Source of the DNA: Acidobacteriota bacterium
GTDB taxonomy: Bacteria > Acidobacteriota > Blastocatellia > Pyrinomonadales > Pyrinomonadaceae
Direction: 5' to 3'
Assembly: GCA_039934155.1 (NCBI GenBank)
Contig: JBDTMQ010000034.1
Span: 1 to 40,683, forward strand
Length of the DNA stretch: 40,683 nt
Shown piece by piece: positions 37,072 to 40,683 of this stretch (within the stretch, counting starts at the first letter, position 1; every line of letters begins with the position of its first letter). Below the pieces are notes generated by a model, which saw only the letters and a list, made by a program, of their open reading frames with translations, ran no database searches and had not been told where the DNA came from. The translations under genes were made by a program, and so were the position numbers.

Positions 37072-37565
37072 GCGTTAGAGGTTGATGAGGCGTGGGATTT
37101 TTCGTCGGAAGGGGGCGGAATCGCGGATTGCCCAAGATCCAGCTTAATGGCGTCCAGTATTCCGTTGATGAACTGGGTCGCCTCGAACGTAGAAAAGCGG
37201 CGTGCGATCTCAAGAGCTTCATTGATGACGACGGTATGGGGCGTGTCTTCAAACAGAAACTCGTATACGGCTAACCTGAGGACGTTTCTGTCGACAATTG
37301 CCATACGTTCGATCCGCCAGTGCTCGGCGCGCGTTCGGATCTTATCATTGATCTTTTCCAGATTTGTGAGTGTACCGTTGACGAGACTGTTCGAGAAATC
37401 ACGGGTTCGGTCGTCAAGGTCAGCGTCGCCCAGCTCTTGCCAAAAGTTATGGGTGAGCAGTTCGTCAGGCTCCTTCACTACATCAGCAGCGAAAAGCATC
37501 TGAAGCGCGCATTCCCGAGCTTTGCGGCGGGTTCCCGAACCCTTTCCATCTTTTTCAAACGACAT
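37068..37565 (-). CDS. nusB: Transcription antitermination factor NusB
   Basis: RRKARECALQMLF... and IERMAIVDRNVLRLAVYEF...INEALEIARRF...FINGILD are typical NusB. The ATG at 37565 (MSFEKDG) is the likely start and overlaps the ribH 3' end by 11 nt. The longer track ORF starting at 37709 is antisense-free but implausible. Confidence 0.88.
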   Translation of the reverse strand: MSFEKDGKGSGTRRKARECALQMLFAADVVKEPDELLTHNFWQELGDADLDDRTRDFSNSLVNGTLTNLEKINDKIRTRAEHWRIERMAIVDRNVLRLAVYEFLFEDTPHTVVINEALEIARRFSTFEATQFINGILDAIKLDLGQSAIPPPSDEKSHASSTSNA

Positions 37566-38115
37566 GCGGAAAAACCTTGTCTTTACCGGCGGGCTCTTCG
37601 GCCCCGCTGTCCATCTGGCTATACAGATCGACAATTTCGACCGCTGCTGAGGCCGCTTCATAACCTTTATTGCCCGCCTTAACGCCGCACCGGTTGATCG
37701 CCTGTTCAAGCGTATTCGCCGTCACAACGCCAAACATGACCGGAACACCGGTTTGCAACGCGGCATTTGCGATCCCCTTGGCCGCTTCGCCCGCAACATA
37801 ATCAAAATGAGGCGTTTCGCCCCTGATAACGACACCGAGAGCGATCACAGCATCAAACCTACCCGTTTTCGCAGCCTTCAGCGATGCGAGCGGCAATTCA
37901 AATGCGCCGGGAACCTTAAAGATCTCGATAGAGCCTTTAGCGGCGCCAAAACTTTGAAGTGCGTCAACGGCGCCGTCAAGCAGTTTCGACGTCAGGAAAT
38001 CATTCCAACGGCTAACGATAATTGCAAACTTTGAGTCCGATGCATTTAATCGGCCGCGATGTATTTTGGTTTCCAAAACTGAGCTCCTGCGACATATGAC
38101 AATGTCAGCGCTCAA
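37555..38115 (-). CDS. ribH: 6,7-dimethyl-8-ribityllumazine synthase
   Basis: KFAIIVSRWNDFLT, VPGAFELP, GVVIRGETPHFDYV and TLEQAINR are present. The track start is TTG, so the exact start is uncertain. Confidence 0.9.
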   Translation of the reverse strand: MSADIVICRRSSVLETKIHRGRLNASDSKFAIIVSRWNDFLTSKLLDGAVDALQSFGAAKGSIEIFKVPGAFELPLASLKAAKTGRFDAVIALGVVIRGETPHFDYVAGEAAKGIANAALQTGVPVMFGVVTANTLEQAINRCGVKAGNKGYEAASAAVEIVDLYSQMDSGAEEPAGKDKVFPHVV

Positions 38116-38210
38116 GTATAGGAAACACGGTGTGCCATTTACAAGCTAAAAAGTCACTTTACGTATTGCCCCATTTCGTTTGATACTTTAATTTCTTACC
38201 CGAGAGCAAC

Positions 38211-39062
38211 ATGACGACACCTTTGATCGAGACAGAAGAGAGCCTGATAATCGAGACGCCCGAGCGGGTTCCGCTGGCGTTCGCTTTGGCGTCGATCGGA
38301 AACAGATTCCTTGCGGCTGCCGTTGATCATTTCATTCAGTATCTATCAATATTCCTCATTGCATGGCTTGCGTTCAGTATCGCGGGCATTGGTGTATTTT
38401 CCGGAGATAATGCGGCTGACCGCGTGTTGGCCGATATGCCGAATTGGGCCATCGCGTTATTGATAATCATACTGTTCGCACTATTTGCAGGTTATTTTGC
38501 GGTTTTTGAATGGTTGTGGAACGGGCAAACGCCCGGGAAAAGGCTTTTGAAATTAAGGGTTATTCGCGACGATGGCCGGCCGTTGACCATTTGGGAAGCG
38601 ATCGGCCGCAACCTGCTTCGGATAGTCGACGCCGCCCCCGGATTCTTGCTGCCGGTCTATTCGGTCGGACTGCTCGTTATCTTTATGAACCGGCGCGACC
38701 AGCGTCTGGGGGACCTGTTTGCCGGCACAGTGGTCATCCGCGAACGGCTGGATGAGGCGCCCACATTCGCCGAAACCTTTTCAAACCCTGTTGCCGACGC
38801 CGCCTTTCGCCGCGTTCAAAAACAGACCAATTTCAAAGCAAACGTTAAGGAGTTGACCGATCTGGAAGTCGAGGTTGCCGAGACCTTTCTCCGCCGCCGC
38901 TGGGACCTTTCGGACAGGCAGCGATTATGGATGGCATGGCGCGTCGCCCTGCCGATCATGTACAAACTCAAGCCGTCATATGATCTCGAAAACTTTACCT
39001 ACGAAGGTTTTCTCGAAGAACTCGTTCATCAGTACCATGCTCGGCAGAGATTTTTGAATTAG
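38211..39062 (+). CDS. RDD family membrane protein with C-terminal soluble extension
   Basis: 283 aa. It has the RDD-domain pattern (RFLAAAVDHFIQ..., GQTPGKRLLKLRVIRDDG, RRDQRLGDLFAGTVV) with three hydrophobic helices. Confidence 0.8.
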   Translation: MTTPLIETEESLIIETPERVPLAFALASIGNRFLAAAVDHFIQYLSIFLIAWLAFSIAGIGVFSGDNAADRVLADMPNWAIALLIIILFALFAGYFAVFEWLWNGQTPGKRLLKLRVIRDDGRPLTIWEAIGRNLLRIVDAAPGFLLPVYSVGLLVIFMNRRDQRLGDLFAGTVVIRERLDEAPTFAETFSNPVADAAFRRVQKQTNFKANVKELTDLEVEVAETFLRRRWDLSDRQRLWMAWRVALPIMYKLKPSYDLENFTYEGFLEELVHQYHARQRFLN

Positions 39063-39142
39063 AGTTTTTGGCCACTTATATCAGAAAATGCTATTTTACT
39101 GTTCTGTTCGCGAAAGCTGATTCATCCCATACCGCGATAATT

Positions 39143-40117
39143 GTGAAAAATAATATTCTGCTAACCGGAGGCGCCGGCTTTATTGGCTCGCATCTCGCCG
39201 ACTGCCTGATCAGCGAAAAAGCGTGGAACGTTACGGTCGTTGATGATCTTAACGATTTCTATTCTCCAAAAGTAAAACGCGCCAATATAAGCCGGCTACT
39301 GACCGAGTCGGCATATGAATTTGTCGAGGCCGATATCCGCGATCAGCCCGCAATGCGGCGAATATTTGCCGATCGCAGTTTTGCGGTGATCGTACACCTG
39401 GCGGCTCGTGCCGGCGTGCGGCCGTCGCTTTCAGAGCCGACGCTGTATTATCAAACGAATGTCGACGGCACGCTTAATTTACTCGAACTGGCAAAAGAAT
39501 TTGAGGTCAGGCAATTTGTTTTCGGTTCATCATCAAGTGTCTATGGCATTAACAGTAAGATCCCGTTCTCTGAAGATGACCGCATTCACCAGCCGATCTC
39601 GCCATATGCCGCCAGCAAGGCGGCGGGCGAACTGATCTGTCATACGTATTCGCATCTATACGACATTCGCACGATCTGTTTAAGATTCTTTACTGTTTAC
39701 GGTGCACGGCAGCGGCCCGACCTCGCCATTCATAAATTCTGCAGGCTCATAACCGAAGGCAAACCTATCCAGGTTTTCGGCGATGGATCTGCCCGACGAG
39801 ATTACACCTTTATCGATGATATTATCCAGGGTGTTCGGGCGGCGATCGATTACAATGCGTCGATGTATGAGATCTTCAATCTGGGCGAATCTGAAACGAC
39901 GGAACTGAGCCGGCTGATCGAACTGCTGGAGCAAAATTTAGATATGCAAGCGGTTATCGACCCCCAGCCGATGCAGCCGGGCGATGTTCCTATAACTTTC
40001 GCCGATATCACAAAGGCGAGAAAACTGCTTAACTACGATCCGAAGACCAAGATCGAGCAGGGGATCCCGAAATTTGTCGAGTGGTTTCGCCGTGCGTATT
40101 TTGAAGAGACCGCTTGA
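39143..40117 (+). CDS. NAD-dependent epimerase/dehydratase (UDP-glucuronate 4-epimerase-like SDR)
   Basis: Has GGAGFIGSHL and the catalytic YAASKAAGE (YxxxK). The track ORF begins at TTG 39068. The GTG at 39143 (VKNNILLTGGAGFIG) gives the canonical N-terminus. The start is uncertain. Confidence 0.87.
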   Translation: MKNNILLTGGAGFIGSHLADCLISEKAWNVTVVDDLNDFYSPKVKRANISRLLTESAYEFVEADIRDQPAMRRIFADRSFAVIVHLAARAGVRPSLSEPTLYYQTNVDGTLNLLELAKEFEVRQFVFGSSSSVYGINSKIPFSEDDRIHQPISPYAASKAAGELICHTYSHLYDIRTICLRFFTVYGARQRPDLAIHKFCRLITEGKPIQVFGDGSARRDYTFIDDIIQGVRAAIDYNASMYEIFNLGESETTELSRLIELLEQNLDMQAVIDPQPMQPGDVPITFADITKARKLLNYDPKTKIEQGIPKFVEWFRRAYFEETA

Positions 40118-40159
40118 ATACAGACAATGCCGATACCAGGCATTACGGAGGGCCTAGAA

Positions 40160-40621
40160 ATGCCTTTGCCAAATGTTTTTGATAAAGATGTCAGCGAAAC
40201 AATAATCGAGAGAATCAACAAACTCACACCGGAATCTCAGCGTGAGTGGGGTAGAATGGACGTCGCTAAAATGCTCGCCCATTGCTGCGTTACCTACGAA
40301 ATGATCTACGAGCCGGATAAACACCCAAAGCCAAACCCATTAATGGGATTGGTTCTAAAGCTGTTTGTGAAAAGAGTGGTAACGGGCGAAAAGCCTTTCC
40401 GGAAGAACAGCCCGACGGCTCCGGCGTTCATTATGAAGTCGGACAAAGATTTTGACGCGGAAAAGACAAGGCTGGTCGAGTTTATTAGAAAGACGCAAGC
40501 ACTTGGCGAGAACGAATTTGACGGAAAACATTCGGCATCATTTGGAAAACTAAACACGACCGAATGGAACAACATGCTTTACAAGCATTTGAACCATCAT
40601 CTGAATCAATTCGGTGTATAG
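40160..40621 (+). CDS. DUF1569-like (DinB-superfamily) protein
   Basis: The C-terminal HSASFGKLNTTEWNNMLYKHLNHHLNQFG matches the H.FG.l...eW.....H..HHL.QF pattern I associate with DUF1569. The ATG at 40160 is preceded by GGAG; an alternative ATG lies at 40127. Confidence 0.68.
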   Translation: MPLPNVFDKDVSETIIERINKLTPESQREWGRMDVAKMLAHCCVTYEMIYEPDKHPKPNPLMGLVLKLFVKRVVTGEKPFRKNSPTAPAFIMKSDKDFDAEKTRLVEFIRKTQALGENEFDGKHSASFGKLNTTEWNNMLYKHLNHHLNQFGV

Positions 40622-40683
40622 AGCGATGATGAAGTCTCGCCGGGTTTCATCTGATATCACAAAAGCTCCCGCATAATATCTCC

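Noticed and set aside
38116-38210. FMN riboswitch upstream of ribH
   Set aside because: The divergent intergenic region is only 95 bp and lacks the conserved FMN-element core sequences.

Overview
This 40.7 kb window looks like an ordinary chromosomal core region with about 52% GC. All calls come from reading the sequence and the ORF track by eye; no database search was run. From its gene content (a carboxypeptidase-regulatory-domain TonB-dependent receptor, zinc-ribbon membrane proteins, a very large soluble PAS/GAF kinase) I infer an Acidobacteriota-like genome, but that is inference only. I can support about 33 protein genes. Most are housekeeping: a UvrD/PcrA-type helicase, ybaB-recR, a PlsC-like acyltransferase, proC, tyrS, pgsA, a dnaK-dnaJ-hspR operon, smc, a fused Kgd-type 2-oxoglutarate dehydrogenase, and ribH-nusB. 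There are also a few secreted or uncharacterised proteins. I found no rRNA, tRNA, CRISPR array, transposase, integrase or recognisable defence island. I do not see convincing evidence for a novel multi-gene system here. The leads worth a second look are smaller: (1) a repeat-filled dnaK-dnaJ spacer that can form mutually exclusive hairpins; (2) a recR that appears to lack about 36 codons of its Toprim core; (3) a small cytosolic HExxH(+Glu) protein of unknown family next to a zinc-ribbon membrane protein; (4) a sigma70-like dnaK promoter overlapped by a HAIR-like (HspR operator) inverted repeat; (5) a 31-codon hydrophobic small ORF whose stop overlaps the start of a DUF4388-like gene; (6) an actinobacterial-style E2-like/E1o fusion enzyme; and (7) a metzincin protease with a Pro/Thr tandem-repeat linker and six FG-GAP-like repeats.
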